The position numbers and the translations under genes are program-made. Positions 22,401 to 33,420 of a stretch of DNA of 34,235 bases are shown here, in pieces (the first letter of the stretch is position 1; each line of letters begins with the position of its first letter). The notes beneath the pieces are model-generated. The model was given only the letters and a program-made list of their open reading frames with translations, did not search any database and was not told the origin of the DNA. Source of the stretch: Tubiluchus corallicola (taxonomy: Eukaryota > Animalia > Priapulida); NCBI GenBank assembly GCA_030141605.1, contig JAQGDQ010001573.1, positions 1 to 34,235 of the forward strand, written 5' to 3'.

Positions 22401-25400
22401 ATTCAGCAAATCCAAGTCGTATATTACATCTGAAATAAAAATGAACTTATGTAATGTCAACAAATGGACTCAATAAATCCAAGTCGTATATTACATCTGA
22501 AATCAAAATGAACTTATGTAATGTGAACAAATGGATTCAGTAAATCCAAATCGTATATTACATCTGAAATAAAAATGAACTTATGTAATGTCAACAAATG
22601 GACTCAGCAAATCCAAGTCGTATATTACATCTGAAATAAAAATGAACTTATGTAGTGTCAACGAATGGACTCAGCAAATCCAAGTAATATATTACATCTG
22701 AAATAAAAATGAACTTATGTAATGTGAACAAATGGATTCAGTAAATCCAAATCGTATATTACATCTGAAATAAAAATGAACTTATGTAATGTCAACGAAT
22801 GGACTCAGTAAATCCAAGTCATATATTACATCTGAAATAAAAATGAACTTATGTAATGTCAACAAATGGATTCAGCAAATCCAAGTCGTATATTACATCT
22901 GAAATAAAAATGAACTTATGTAATGTCAACAAATGGACTCAATAAATCCAAGTCGTATATTACATCTGAAATCAAAATGAACTTATGTAATGTGAACAAA
23001 TGGATTCAGTAAATCCAAATCGTATATTACATCTGAAATAAAAATGAACTTATGTAATGTCAACAAATGGGCTCAGTAAATGCAAGTCGTATATTACATC
23101 TGAAATAAAAATGAACTTATGTAATGTCAACAAATGGGCTCAGTAAATGCAAGTTGTATATTACATCTGAAATAAAAATGAACTTATGTAATGTCAACGA
23201 ATGGACTCAGCAAATCCAAGTCGTATATTACATCTGAAATAAAAATGAACTTATGTAATGTCAACAAATGGACTCAATAAATCCAAGTCGTATATTACAT
23301 CTGAAATCAAAATGAACTTATGTAATGTGAACAAATGGATTCAGTAAATCCAAATCGTATATTACATCTGAAATAAAAATGAACTTATGTAATGTCAACA
23401 AATGGGCTCAGTAAATGCAAGTCGTATATTACATCTGAAATAAAAATGAACTTATGTAATGTCAACAAATGGGCTCAGTAAATGCAAGTTGTATATTACA
23501 TCTGAAATAAAAATGAACTTATGTAATGTCAACGAATGGACTCAGCAAATCCAAGTAATATATTACATCTGAAATAAAAATGAACTTATGTAATGTGAAC
23601 AAATGGATTCAGTAAATCCAAATCGTATATTACATCTGAAATAAAAATGAACTTATGTAATGTCAACAAATGGGCTCAGTAAATGCAAGTCGTATATTAC
23701 ATCTGAAATAAAAATGAACTTATGTAGTGTCAACGAATGGACTCAGCAAATCCAAGTAATATATTACATCTGAAATAAAAATGAACTTATGTAATGTGAA
23801 CAAATGGATTCAGTAAATCCAAATCGTATATTACATCTGAAATAAAAATGAACTTATGTAATGTCAACGAATGGACTCAGTAAATCCAAGTCATATATTA
23901 CATCTGAAATAAAAATGAACTTATGTAATGTGAACAAATGGATTCAGTAAATCCAAATCGTATATTACATCTGAAATAAAAATGAACTTACGTAATGTCA
24001 ACAAATGGGCTCAGTAAATCCAAATCGTATATTACATCTGAAATAAAAATGAACTTATGTAATGTCAACAAATGGGCTCAGTAAATCCAAATCGTATATT
24101 ACATCTGAAATAAAAATGAACTTATGTAATGTCAACAAATGGGCTCAGTAAATGCAAGTTGTATATTACATGTGAAATAAAAATGAACTTATGTAATGTC
24201 AACAAATGGGCTCAGTAAATGCAAGTAATATCCAACTTGAAACGAATATGATTTGTTTTGGTTATGGTAAAATGAGAAACAACTTGAAACTTTCTGAAAA
24301 AATTAATGATAAGCTACGAAAAAGCAGTAAAAATGAGCGGTACCCGTGGCAACCAATACGTCGGCGTTGCAGCACTCTGGCAGCTGCGACGCGTCGAAAC
24401 GATCCCAGTCCAGCTTCACGACTTTAACGTTTGGCTTCGCAAGCACGGCTTGATACGATCCTCTGTCCCGCAGCTCGAAAACCGTGTTTGTCAGGTGTTC
24501 ATCGTGTTCAGAATGTTCACCACCGTCGGTGTTTATTCGAATGTTTTCTCGGAGTTGTTCCAAGATGTCGCCACGGCAGTCTGTGAAGATGTACTCGGCC
24601 GGATTGCACCGCTTTGAAATGACCAGTCCTGTCAGCCCCATCCCCGAACCCAGTTCCAGAATTTTCCTAATTGAAAAATTACGTAAATTAGCAAATTGTA
24701 AGGGCTTCCTCGGGAAATGATTGCTATTATATCAGTATAACCATATAGTATATGCATGACTGTACAAGTTTACCAATGTTGGGAACGGATCGTAAATAAA
24801 CGCATTGCACAAAATCAGATGCTGCGCCTCTCGGTTCAGATGTGTTAGTTTTTGACGAACTGCACACTTTAGGCAGGTCACGCGTGAGCACAGAGGTAAA
24901 TTTGAAATTTAAATTTTTATCTTAAAACTGGCCTAGTTTTAGTACAACACACTAAATATCTTACAGTAGCACTTTACTTCAATTTTTGCTTTCACAAACA
25001 CGTGCAACACGCTCGTGGAATGTTTTTTGCTGTTGAAAATTGTGTTAGTTTGTGATGTCATCAATAGTTGGGCTTGCCCGCCGTTAATTCAGTTTTTAAT
25101 CTATTATTTAATTATCAGAAATGCTTTTACAGTATTAATTGTGTTAAAATGTCAACTTTTTATCGGAAATGAAGATGGGGTAGTATGTGAAAAATCATCC
25201 TGTCTTCCTTTAAGAAAATAGACGCATATAAACAAATCGATGTACTTTTTAGAAAATTTTTGGCTATTATGCAGTGCCCATTCACAGAACACCATGGACG
25301 CTGGCCAGGTCACAAAAGCTGTTGTTGCATCGGATACGCACTGTCTCCTCTCCCGGATGGTAACGTGCTCACCATTATCCTGTAATTCAGAAAAATAAGA

Positions 25401-26941
25401 AGAAAAAACTGAACATGTAACGAAAGACAAACAAAGACTCAAAGGACAAACCTAAATTAGAATTTTTGTCTTAAAACTTGCCTAGTTTTAGCACAACACA
25501 CTGAATATCTTACAGCAGCACTGTACTTCAATTTTCGCTTTCACAAACACGTGCAACACTCTCATGGAATGTTTTTGATGTTGAAAATTATGTTAGTTTG
25601 TGAAGTCAACAATAGTTCATTTGTACGTTATGCGGCTCTTATATAAGAAATCAGCTCAGCAACTACCTGTGGTGTGTTATAAAATGCACCATTTACATAA
25701 ATATGAAACTCTGCACATTTTCGTAGAAGAATAAGAATTTTTTTCAAAAATGCGACGCCCCCTCAAACTTTGGCACCCTGGGCTATAGCCTACTGGTCAA
25801 TACGCCACTGGACGCTCCTAAATATGCAGCTTGACACAAATAGAGCGGTACTTAATATATTTACCATAAAATACGTTCGATGGCAGATGTCATCATCATC
25901 ATCGTTTGGTCGTGCCATTAATTTTGCTGCAGTCTCATACAGTCTATCGCTCACTTCAATTTGTTCGGATTCTAGCTGCAAAATGTAAGAAATGACCACT
26001 ATAGCCTTGACTGACCCCTGGTTCGACTGACCTCGACACTCTACAAGCACTCCACAGCAAATGATTTGCGTAAAAGAATTATTTTCACACAAACACAATT
26101 TCACGTTCGCGCCACTAGTTCTTCGCCGTTACGTGCATTTTGCCATTCCCTAGTTAGACGGGTACTAGTGCCTGCATTTCAAAAATGCATTGCACAAAAA
26201 ACTGGTGCTGTACGTCTCAGTTCAGATGTGTTAGTTTGCGATGTACTACACACGTTCAACAGCTCATGCGTAAGCACAGCAGTAAATTTGAAATTTAAAT
26301 TTTTATCTTAATTCTTGCCTAGTTTTAGTACAACACACTGAACATCTTACAGTAGCGCTGTACTTGAATTTTCTCTTTTGCAAACACTTGCAACACGCTC
26401 GTGGGATATTTTTCATGTGAAAATTATGTTAGTTTGTGATGTCATCACTAGTTTGTCTTGCCCGCAGTTAATTAAGATTATAATCTATTATTTAATTATC
26501 AGAAACGCTATAGCACAATTAATTCTCTTTTTCTCTCACTCTCACACACAGTGTCACTGTCCCTTGCTCTTTTCTTTCTCCTCTTTCTTTTCCTCTCGCT
26601 CTCTTTCCTATTTCTTTTCATCTGCTATTCTCCTTCTCTTTCTCTCTCCCACTTTTTCTTCATTTCCCTCTTTTTTTCTTGTTATCAACCTTCAAAATGG
26701 GGTAGCATGTAAAAAATCATTGTCTTTTCCTTTAATTCTCGCAAAGAATTGCACAAGTGCAGAACCAATAATGTCAATGAAACAATAATTACGTTCAGTT
26801 TTTCACCTTTTGTATGACCCGTTTCATGAATAGTCGCTGATATTGCACGGACGTCGGATAGCGCTGACAGACGGGATGACAAACAGTCCTGTTTACAAGT
26901 TCGTTCTGCGCCGCTTCCTCTCGTAAATTCACCTCCAGATG
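19300..26941 (-). CDS. EEF2KMT: Protein-lysine N-methyltransferase EEF2KMT (FAM86A), spliced; first exon not found
   Basis: Exons 26941-26807, 25975-25865, 25379-25246, 24666-24344, 21357-21223 and 19415-19300 are phase-compatible. Motifs: TVCHPVCQRYPTSVQY (FAM86 N-domain), VTWPAS, ILELGSGMGLTG, YIFTDC, KLDW, DVIY, RNAET. Order and intron positions fit my recollection of vertebrate EEF2KMT. Confidence 0.92.
19510..19790 (-). mobile_element. tRNA-derived SINE
   Basis: Minus strand: A box TAGTCTAGTGG, B box GAGTTCGAACC, core gggtcataccaaagactttaaaaatggtac, 3' gtcggc..gccgac stem, AATAAA, (TTA)n. Confidence 0.85.
19823..20665. mobile_element. Family B, copy 2, with ~170-bp internal tandem duplication
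   Basis: Colinear with 13950-14716; gctgactttaacagtgat...gatatgtgaataac occurs twice. Confidence 0.8.
21223..21357 (-). CDS. EEF2KMT: EEF2KMT exon DVIYDLDLLNPLVETI...RNAETIKFFLKKL
   Basis: tttttatttcag acceptor, gtaagg donor, phase 1/1. Confidence 0.9.
21326..24231 (-). repeat. 67-bp minisatellite, ~43 copies, containing the 3' splice site and exon start
   Basis: Minus-strand unit ...cattacataagttcatttttatttcag|ATGTAATATACGACTTGGATTTACTGAATCCA; acceptor positions 21358 to 24105 = 41 x 67, plus one mutated copy at 24172. Confidence 0.97.
24344..24666 (-). CDS. EEF2KMT: EEF2KMT exon with SAM-binding motif I (ILELGSGMG)
   Basis: ttcaattag acceptor, gtaccg donor, phase 2/1. Confidence 0.92.
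24801..25213. mobile_element. Interspersed repeat family C, copy 1 (TTAA-ended, Kolobok-like); partial copy at 25455-25616
   Basis: Colinear with 26187-26735; ends in tcctTTAA. Confidence 0.75.
25246..25379 (-). CDS. EEF2KMT: EEF2KMT exon DNGEHVTIRE...VTWPASMVFCEWALHN
   Basis: attacag acceptor, gtacat donor, phase 0/2. Confidence 0.9.
25865..25975 (-). CDS. EEF2KMT: EEF2KMT exon LESEQIEVSDRLYE...CHRTYFM
   Basis: cattttgcag acceptor, gtaaat donor, 111 nt. Confidence 0.9.
26187..26735. mobile_element. Family C, copy 3, with a CT-rich insert at ~26525-26680
   Basis: gcattgcacaaaa..cagatgtgttagttt..cctagttttagtacaacacact shared; ends in tcctTTAA. Confidence 0.75.
26807..26941 (-). CDS. EEF2KMT: EEF2KMT exon HLEVNLREEAAQNELVNRTVCHPVCQRYPTSVQYQRLFMKRVIQK
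   Basis: ctttttag acceptor, gtgaaa donor, 135 nt, phase 0/0. Confidence 0.88.
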
Positions 26942-27129
26942 CTAAAAAGTCAAGCGTGATTATTAATACATTAGCAGGTTAAAATTTTCGTTTGACATTC
27001 CAACTGTCTGCAATCATAAAACTCGAGCAAAGTCAAAACTATATACTGAGCAAATTTCAATGGGATTTTATTCAAATGCTTTTATTTTGGCATCTGTTAC
27101 GAGAGCGGTAATCACGCAAACTATGATAA

Positions 27130-27447
27130 CCCTTTTCACATTTCCAGCGATTGATGATGATCGTGAAAAGGTCAAAGGTTAAGTGTACCAGACAACGCAT
27201 TTGTGTACACTTGACAATGCCTCACAGCCCATGCTATTGTAATAGTAACAGTTTTAACAGCTAGCTAGAATCTTACCTAGTTCATTTTTACTTGTTTCCA
27301 AGCAAGATCCTGCTAGTAAACCACTCTAGGCAAAACTAATGCATAGTTAAGTAAAGTCCACGTAAAACAACTCAAATTACTGAACTGAGCTTCACTGAAG
27401 TTGCTGAACTGATGCGGCAAACGGCTTTGCTTTACCCACATGTCACG
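27130..27447. mobile_element. Interspersed repeat family A, copy 3 (3'-truncated)
   Basis: Same blocks and orientation as copies 1 and 2. Confidence 0.8.
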
Positions 27448-28605
27448 TGCAGTTCACAACTAGAGGCTCCAACACACAGTATTAAATTCTTTATTTACAA
27501 AACATCAAAAGTATTTGTTTACAAACACTAGAATGCTTCTAGAATCATTAAAAAAAAATGTTCATTACTTTACTGTATATGTCGTTTGAGATACTCTAAA
27601 AATACGATTGTACATTGTATACAAGATAAAAATTATCATAACACGTAAGGAAACACAACTTAGTAAATAATTACAGAAAATTACAACTTTGTGCAATAAA
27701 ATTATCACAAGATTATCATAATTACAATAAATTGTTTACAAAATACATAAAATCAAGTAATAATAATTATTAACAAACAACTAAACAACATTAATTTATC
27801 AATGAGTAAAGGCCCGGCAAAAAAATTTTCCACTTATAATCAACAATGAGCGAACATTCTACCTAGTGTTGGTTTATTTACCTAATGCAAGACCAGCGGC
27901 AGCTTTTACTGAATAAAAGTTATAAAGTCACATGACGTCAGAACAATGAGAACGTCACTGTGGCTTCTAACCGAGAATCGTCCAAAATGGAACCTACAAT
28001 CAACTCGTTGCAGCTCCTTTTGGTGCGGGCGTCCTAAAATGTAACCCACATCATCATGTAGTCCGGTTGCTCCTCTTTCTGAAGAGCTATACATCTCCAT
28101 CCAAGATTCCCACCAGACGTCACAAGAACGTTTTTTCTACACCTTGTTTGGTCAAAATTTGGAAAAAATCGGGTAACTGGGTCCGGGAAAACGCCCGTCA
28201 TTGGATACCAAGGCTTTGCCACGAATTTTAAATATGCCTACTACACCCACCATAGAACGTGTTATCTAACTGTTACCAGCACCGCCCTAGGAACGTTCCC
28301 ATTCTCCAGAAATAAGAGGTATAAGTTTTGCAAATCTTTGCGAAAAACGGTCATTTCTGGTGGTTTTTTGCCCCCTCGCCCTTTCCTCCCGACGGGCCCG
28401 ATTTGAAAAATTAACCGCCAGTGGCAAATCTGCAGGTGGAAACGATCAAGTTTTTGAGAAAGACCGATAACTGCACATATCGGCATAATAATTCACCTAA
28501 TTATAGCTTAATTAGTCTAATTATAGCATAATTTTGAGATCATGCTAAGATTAGTAACTGATGTTGATTAATCGGCTACATGTTTTTTCTCATTGTCCAT
28601 TAATA

Positions 28606-29170
28606 TAGGTTTTACACGTCAAATGTAGACACAGGAAAGTTCAAATGTGACTTAGGTAAGTCAAATGTAGACATAGGAAAGTTCAAATGTGACTTAGGTA
28701 AGTCAAATGTAGACACAGGAAAGTTCAAATGTAGACATAGGAATCTCGAATGTGTTTTGGTAACTCAAACGTGACTTAGGTAAGTCAAATGTAGACACAG
28801 GAATTTCGAATGTGTTTTGGTAACTCAAACGTGACTTAGGTAAGTCAAATGTAGACACAGGAATTTCGAATGTGTTTTGGTAACTCAAATGTGACTTAGG
28901 TAAGTCAAATGTAGACAGACATATGACATTTGACTTACCAAAAACGCTTAAGATTTCTTGAAAACCATTGTTAACACATTTGAACTACCTAAGTCTAAAT
29001 TTGAGTTACCAAAGCACATTTGAATTACCTAAATCTACATTTGAGTTACCAAGACACATTTGAACTACCTAAGTCTACATTTGAGTTACCAAGACACATT
29101 TGAACTACCTAAGTCTACATTTGACTTAACGAAGGTCTTATATGACTTAACATTTGACATGTAAAACCTG
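28606..29170. mobile_element. Foldback-type MITE with TA flanks and modular repeat arms
   Basis: ta|taggttttacacgtcaaatgt ... acatttgacatgtaaaacctg|ta; 40/60-bp repeats in the left arm, reverse-complement 40-bp repeats in the right arm. Confidence 0.75.
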
Positions 29171-29548
29171 TACTAATAACAACACTTATATACATACTTT
29201 AAGGTATGTGTATCACAGATATCATTTGTAAAATTTGCCAATACTGTTACGTTACACAAAAAAGAGAAACTTAAAAAAACTAGAAAAATAATCAAATTTA
29301 AGAAGCAAATCAACACACCAGTAAGTGTAAAATCAATCGTGCTACGTCATTTCAGTAAAATCAAGAAAAGTAAAAAATAAGAAAAAGAAATGGCTCAATC
29401 GTGTAACGAAACTTTTAGCAGTAGCAAAAAAAGAACAGTTTCCATAATAAGTCTTAAAATGGCACCTCAGGCCCGAAGAATGGTGATTAAAAAATATGAT
29501 CAACCGACACGAACCCGCGTATTTTGCGCGAGAACTGAAAATTAGCCG

Positions 29549-29795
29549 CAAATTTTGTACCAGTTACATACTGCCTTTTTGCGTGCATGGCTTGCGTCGG
29601 CAGCAACGATGTATAAATTTAAACTCCCGTGATGACCGTTAGGCGCAAAAATTTTAATGGTAGGTCATTATCAGACAAGTTTACATAACATCGCGCAAAG
29701 TTTGAAAAAATAATGACAGCATTCGTAGCACACATGTCACTGAGTAAGATTTTAACTTACAGTATCTTGTCAATAAGATTAAAAATACATTTTTG
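29549..29795. mobile_element. Family D, inverted partial copy
   Basis: Reverse complement of ~30425-30662. Confidence 0.75.
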
Positions 29796-30082
29796 TCACG
29801 CACGAAAAATATTTAGCATTCAGAAAACTAACCTGTAACATTTTAAAGCGACGAGTAACGTGTTCAAGACAGTTCAGACAATTTAAGAAATGAAGCCATT
29901 GTTTGTAAAAATTTCCATGCAAGAATAGATACCACAGATTACATGATGCACTCCATGATTCACGGACAATTTTTGACGTCAAAATGCTGAATTAATTACC
30001 CTAGTACCACCACATCATTCATCAGCTTGTCTACATTTGAAAACAAGAAACTACCCCCAGCTCTCAGTAAGCAATTCCTTAA

Positions 30083-30709
30083 AGGACAAGAAAAGGGGCA
30101 CCTGCAGTAGGTTTAAGAATAATTGTCTTAAAATTTTTTATTACTTTATAGCAATTTTATGCGTAAAGGAATTTCTGTTTTTTTTTCATTTTAAATCTCC
30201 CGCAATGCTGACGTTACATGACGTCATATACACACAACGTAAATCAGGGGAAGAAAAGGAAATGTTAAATTGTGACCCCAAAAGACTTTCCGTGCAAATC
30301 TATATTACTTAGCATTTCGCTTACCTGCTGGAAAGACTTTTGTAACTAGAAACAATAATTAAAAAAGTTCGTGCCAATTGGTAAAATGTCGCTGGTCCAT
30401 CCTACAGGGTGCACCACTTACTAACCAAAAACATATCTTTAATCTTATTTACAAGATACAGTAATTTAATATCTCACTTAGTGACACGTGTGCTACGAAT
30501 GCTCTGATTATTTTTTCAAACTTTGCGTGGTGTTATCTAAACTTGTCTCAAATGACCAATTTTTGCGGCTAACGGTCATCATCAGAGTTTAAATTTATAC
30601 AGACTTACTGCCAATGCAAGCCCTGCACGCAAAAAGGCAGTATGTAAGTGGTACAAAATTTCAAGACAAATTTTTTAAGCTTTATGTATGTGGAGCGTTT
30701 TCTTGTGCT
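30083..30709. mobile_element. Kolobok-like MITE family D, complete copy
   Basis: TTAA|aggacaagaaaa ... ttttcttgtgct|TTAA (12-bp TIR with 1 mismatch, TTAA on both sides). Confidence 0.8.
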
Positions 30710-30767
30710 TTAACAATTTATGGCTATTATCATTAAAGTAATAAAATTTGACCACATGGCTGCACGG

Positions 30768-33101
30768 TCAGTTTGCCAAAAGTTTCTCCACTGGAAATTT
30801 TTCGACCACGTCCTGACACTGCTTGAGAGCATCCTTGGATTTTCTGAACTGCTTGTCGGCGGATTTCGAATCCAGCTGCAAGACGACGGAGGCGAGCACG
30901 TCGCTTACTCTCTGACGCAACACGGCGGCCACGTGTTTGCCTCCGTACACGGACGTCAGACGTCGGGAAGGACGGATCAGACGCCGCTCCTTCAACTCTC
31001 TCTTCAGGAACTTGTCGATGGTGCTGAGGTGAAGGTCGGGGTCGTCGTCGCTCTTCTGAAGGCACTCCATCAAGTCGACCAAGACGGCGTCTTCCGCTCT
31101 GGCAAGTTCGATCGCGAGTTTATTGCTGAGATGATGTTTCTCTGACAGCATCATGCATTCCAGCGCTAACTGCTTCAGCGAAATATACGCGCTATTAATG
31201 GCTTTCTCGTCCACGATCTTTTGTATGTTTTTCAAAACACCAGATGGAGCCTGTTCCTCCAGCCTGCGTCGCAGTCTCTGAAATGCCGTGTGCTGCTCTC
31301 TGTAGTACATGAACTTGCTCTTGGAAAGATTGTTCAGCAGAGACATCTGGCGAGTGGTAGTGGGCTTCAGGTGCTTTAGACTTTGCAGGATGCCGAGCAG
31401 TTGGACAAAGTGGTCGGCCATGTCGATCTGGGCCTTGGCCATGACCTGGGCGTTGCCGGCGCTTCCCTGCGTCGTGTTCCTCGGCGCGCCGGGTTGGATA
31501 TCCAGAGCGTTAACCAACGACCGATATTTCGGTAACTGCCGGTCCAGCTTTTGCTGAACTTCCGTGACGGTCTCGTAAATCTTGACGACCTGCGACATCA
31601 AATCTTTGCTAACGTCTTCCTCTTCTGCGCAGCATTCCTCCACCTGGATGTCTTCCAAGTGTTTCCTGCAGGCGTTGCAAACCAGCAAGTACAAGCAACA
31701 CTGCGGTTCTCTCGGCGGGCAACCGATTATCTTTATCACCGCCAACTTCACTTCGCATTCTTCGTCGGTCGGCTCTTGAGCGTCGGGCACGTAAACGATA
31801 AGATTTTTGGACGAACACTCGGAACACGTTATCACGCCGCAGATGCAACAAACCAACTTCTTTTGCAATTTCGTCAGAACGCCGAAACTTTTCGAGCACC
31901 TCTGGCAACAGCTGTGAGCATCCACATTAACACCGGCATCCGGAATTTCCCAGGCAAAGGATTTCTGCCCGCCGAAAAGGGTGCGCCAAGAATGTAATTC
32001 TGAATGCTGAAGGCTCGCACGGAAGCCATCTGTCAAACGTTTTTTCTGCTGCAACAAATTCATGCTTCCCTTTGGAATTATCTGTTTTCCCTGGTGATGG
32101 GCGGAGCGATAGTTTTTGAAAACGGACGTAAACGAATAAGACTGTCCCTCCACGATGTGCTCCGAAAACTCCGTTTCTTTGTAACAGATGACGCACACGT
32201 GTTGCAGCTTGCCTGTAGGATCTGGCTGCGCCATGTAGGACAGCTTGCGCTCGGCACTGGTGCAAGAACGACAGAATACATCACCGCACTTTCGACAATG
32301 GCGGGCAACAATGCCAAACGTTATCCGCGCCCTGCACAATGGACAATAGTCGCGGGACGATTTGGCTTTCCAATGTGACTTGATGATGTCGTCAGAATGC
32401 GTGGACCTGCGATCGTCGTTGGATCGGTCTAAAAGAAAATGAAGGAACGTCAGTTGCTTCTTGTCTTGGTGCCAGTCTTGGGACGACGGAAACTCTAGCG
32501 GAAGCGTCTCGAACGTCGGAGTATATCCCACAACTGTGGCACCGGATCTCACCGTCAGCCATTCGGACGACTGCTCCAACGATCCGGAAGCCATGTCCTC
32601 CTCTGCCGTCCAATCACATTCGAACCTGAAACCGACAAAATCATCAGGCTCTTCTGTCGTACAATTATACACTTGGTGAATCCTATGTATGTAATCTAAT
32701 GAACCGACTAGCTTCACGACAATTTGTTTTTGTGCATCACTAGACGCCTGTCTCTCCGTAAACCTTGTCAAAAACCAGCCTAAAGGGTTTAGAGTATCCA
32801 CGGACTCGCCGCCGCCTCTCGTCTTTGACAAACTTATCTGTCGGCTAACGGTAACGAAATGCCGAAACACGTTTGCGCGCTCGTACGCTCTATTACGACC
32901 GAGCGTCCGCCTCCACCTCCTTTCCGTGCCCCCGCTCTCGGGATAGATTCGGTCCAAGTGGAATTTCAACAACTGCCACTCGCGTTCGTCGAGTCTCAGC
33001 TCTATGGTCAAAGGCAACATCGGCAAGAAATGAAGCAATATAACATCAAACATTTTTCTTCCAGGAAGTTTCCCAAACAGTTGCAAACTCTCTGCTACCA
33101 C
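30768..33101 (-). CDS. Double-FYVE zinc-finger + coiled-coil protein, Vac1/Pep7/rabenosyn-5-like
   Basis: 777-codon open frame with higher GC than its flanks. FYVE1: HW..CPLC..RHCRKCGDVFCRSC..VCVICY. FYVE2: W..CQRC..CCICGVITCSEC..VCNAC. Helical C-terminal half. The start is uncertain: first ATG at 33053, or a possible acceptor tgcctag at about 33101. Confidence 0.85.
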   Translation of the reverse strand: MVAESLQLFGKLPGRKMFDVILLHFLPMLPLTIELRLDEREWQLLKFHLDRIYPESGGTERRWRRTLGRNRAYERANVFRHFVTVSRQISLSKTRGGGESVDTLNPLGWFLTRFTERQASSDAQKQIVVKLVGSLDYIHRIHQVYNCTTEEPDDFVGFRFECDWTAEEDMASGSLEQSSEWLTVRSGATVVGYTPTFETLPLEFPSSQDWHQDKKQLTFLHFLLDRSNDDRRSTHSDDIIKSHWKAKSSRDYCPLCRARITFGIVARHCRKCGDVFCRSCTSAERKLSYMAQPDPTGKLQHVCVICYKETEFSEHIVEGQSYSFTSVFKNYRSAHHQGKQIIPKGSMNLLQQKKRLTDGFRASLQHSELHSWRTLFGGQKSFAWEIPDAGVNVDAHSCCQRCSKSFGVLTKLQKKLVCCICGVITCSECSSKNLIVYVPDAQEPTDEECEVKLAVIKIIGCPPREPQCCLYLLVCNACRKHLEDIQVEECCAEEEDVSKDLMSQVVKIYETVTEVQQKLDRQLPKYRSLVNALDIQPGAPRNTTQGSAGNAQVMAKAQIDMADHFVQLLGILQSLKHLKPTTTRQMSLLNNLSKSKFMYYREQHTAFQRLRRRLEEQAPSGVLKNIQKIVDEKAINSAYISLKQLALECMMLSEKHHLSNKLAIELARAEDAVLVDLMECLQKSDDDPDLHLSTIDKFLKRELKERRLIRPSRRLTSVYGGKHVAAVLRQRVSDVLASVVLQLDSKSADKQFRKSKDALKQCQDVVEKFPVEKLLAN

Positions 33102-33420
33102 TAGGCATAAGTAACTGAATAAACTCTGTATTTACTTACTGTTAAGACAGAAATAGGGATACAGGAAGCACTCATTTCCCCTTATCTACCAGTCAGGAAA
33201 ACCCCATCAGAGAAGGTCAAACTAGTACTTCCTGGTTTAGGAAAACAATAAGGGCAAGTTATGCTGACGTAATGAGAGCTTTTCTCTTGCATGCTGAAGT
33301 GTTTTTAATTAACGAAGTTTAGTAATTCTACGTAAACTTGTTATCTAATGTACATAAAAGCCAATAAGTTACTTTGGCATTCAATGAGTCTTCTATATTT
33401 TGTCAGTAGCATCAGTTTAA

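Noticed and set aside
28277-28354. Candidate EEF2KMT exon 1 (minus strand, MTVFRKDLQNLYLLFLENGNVPRAVL|gtaaca)
   Set aside because: The phase fits and it has LQxxxxxFL spacing, but it lacks the conserved W and lies in TE-like sequence; too weak to call.
30720-33104. Many short ORFs overlapping the FYVE gene
   Set aside because: Shadow frames of a GC-richer coding region.
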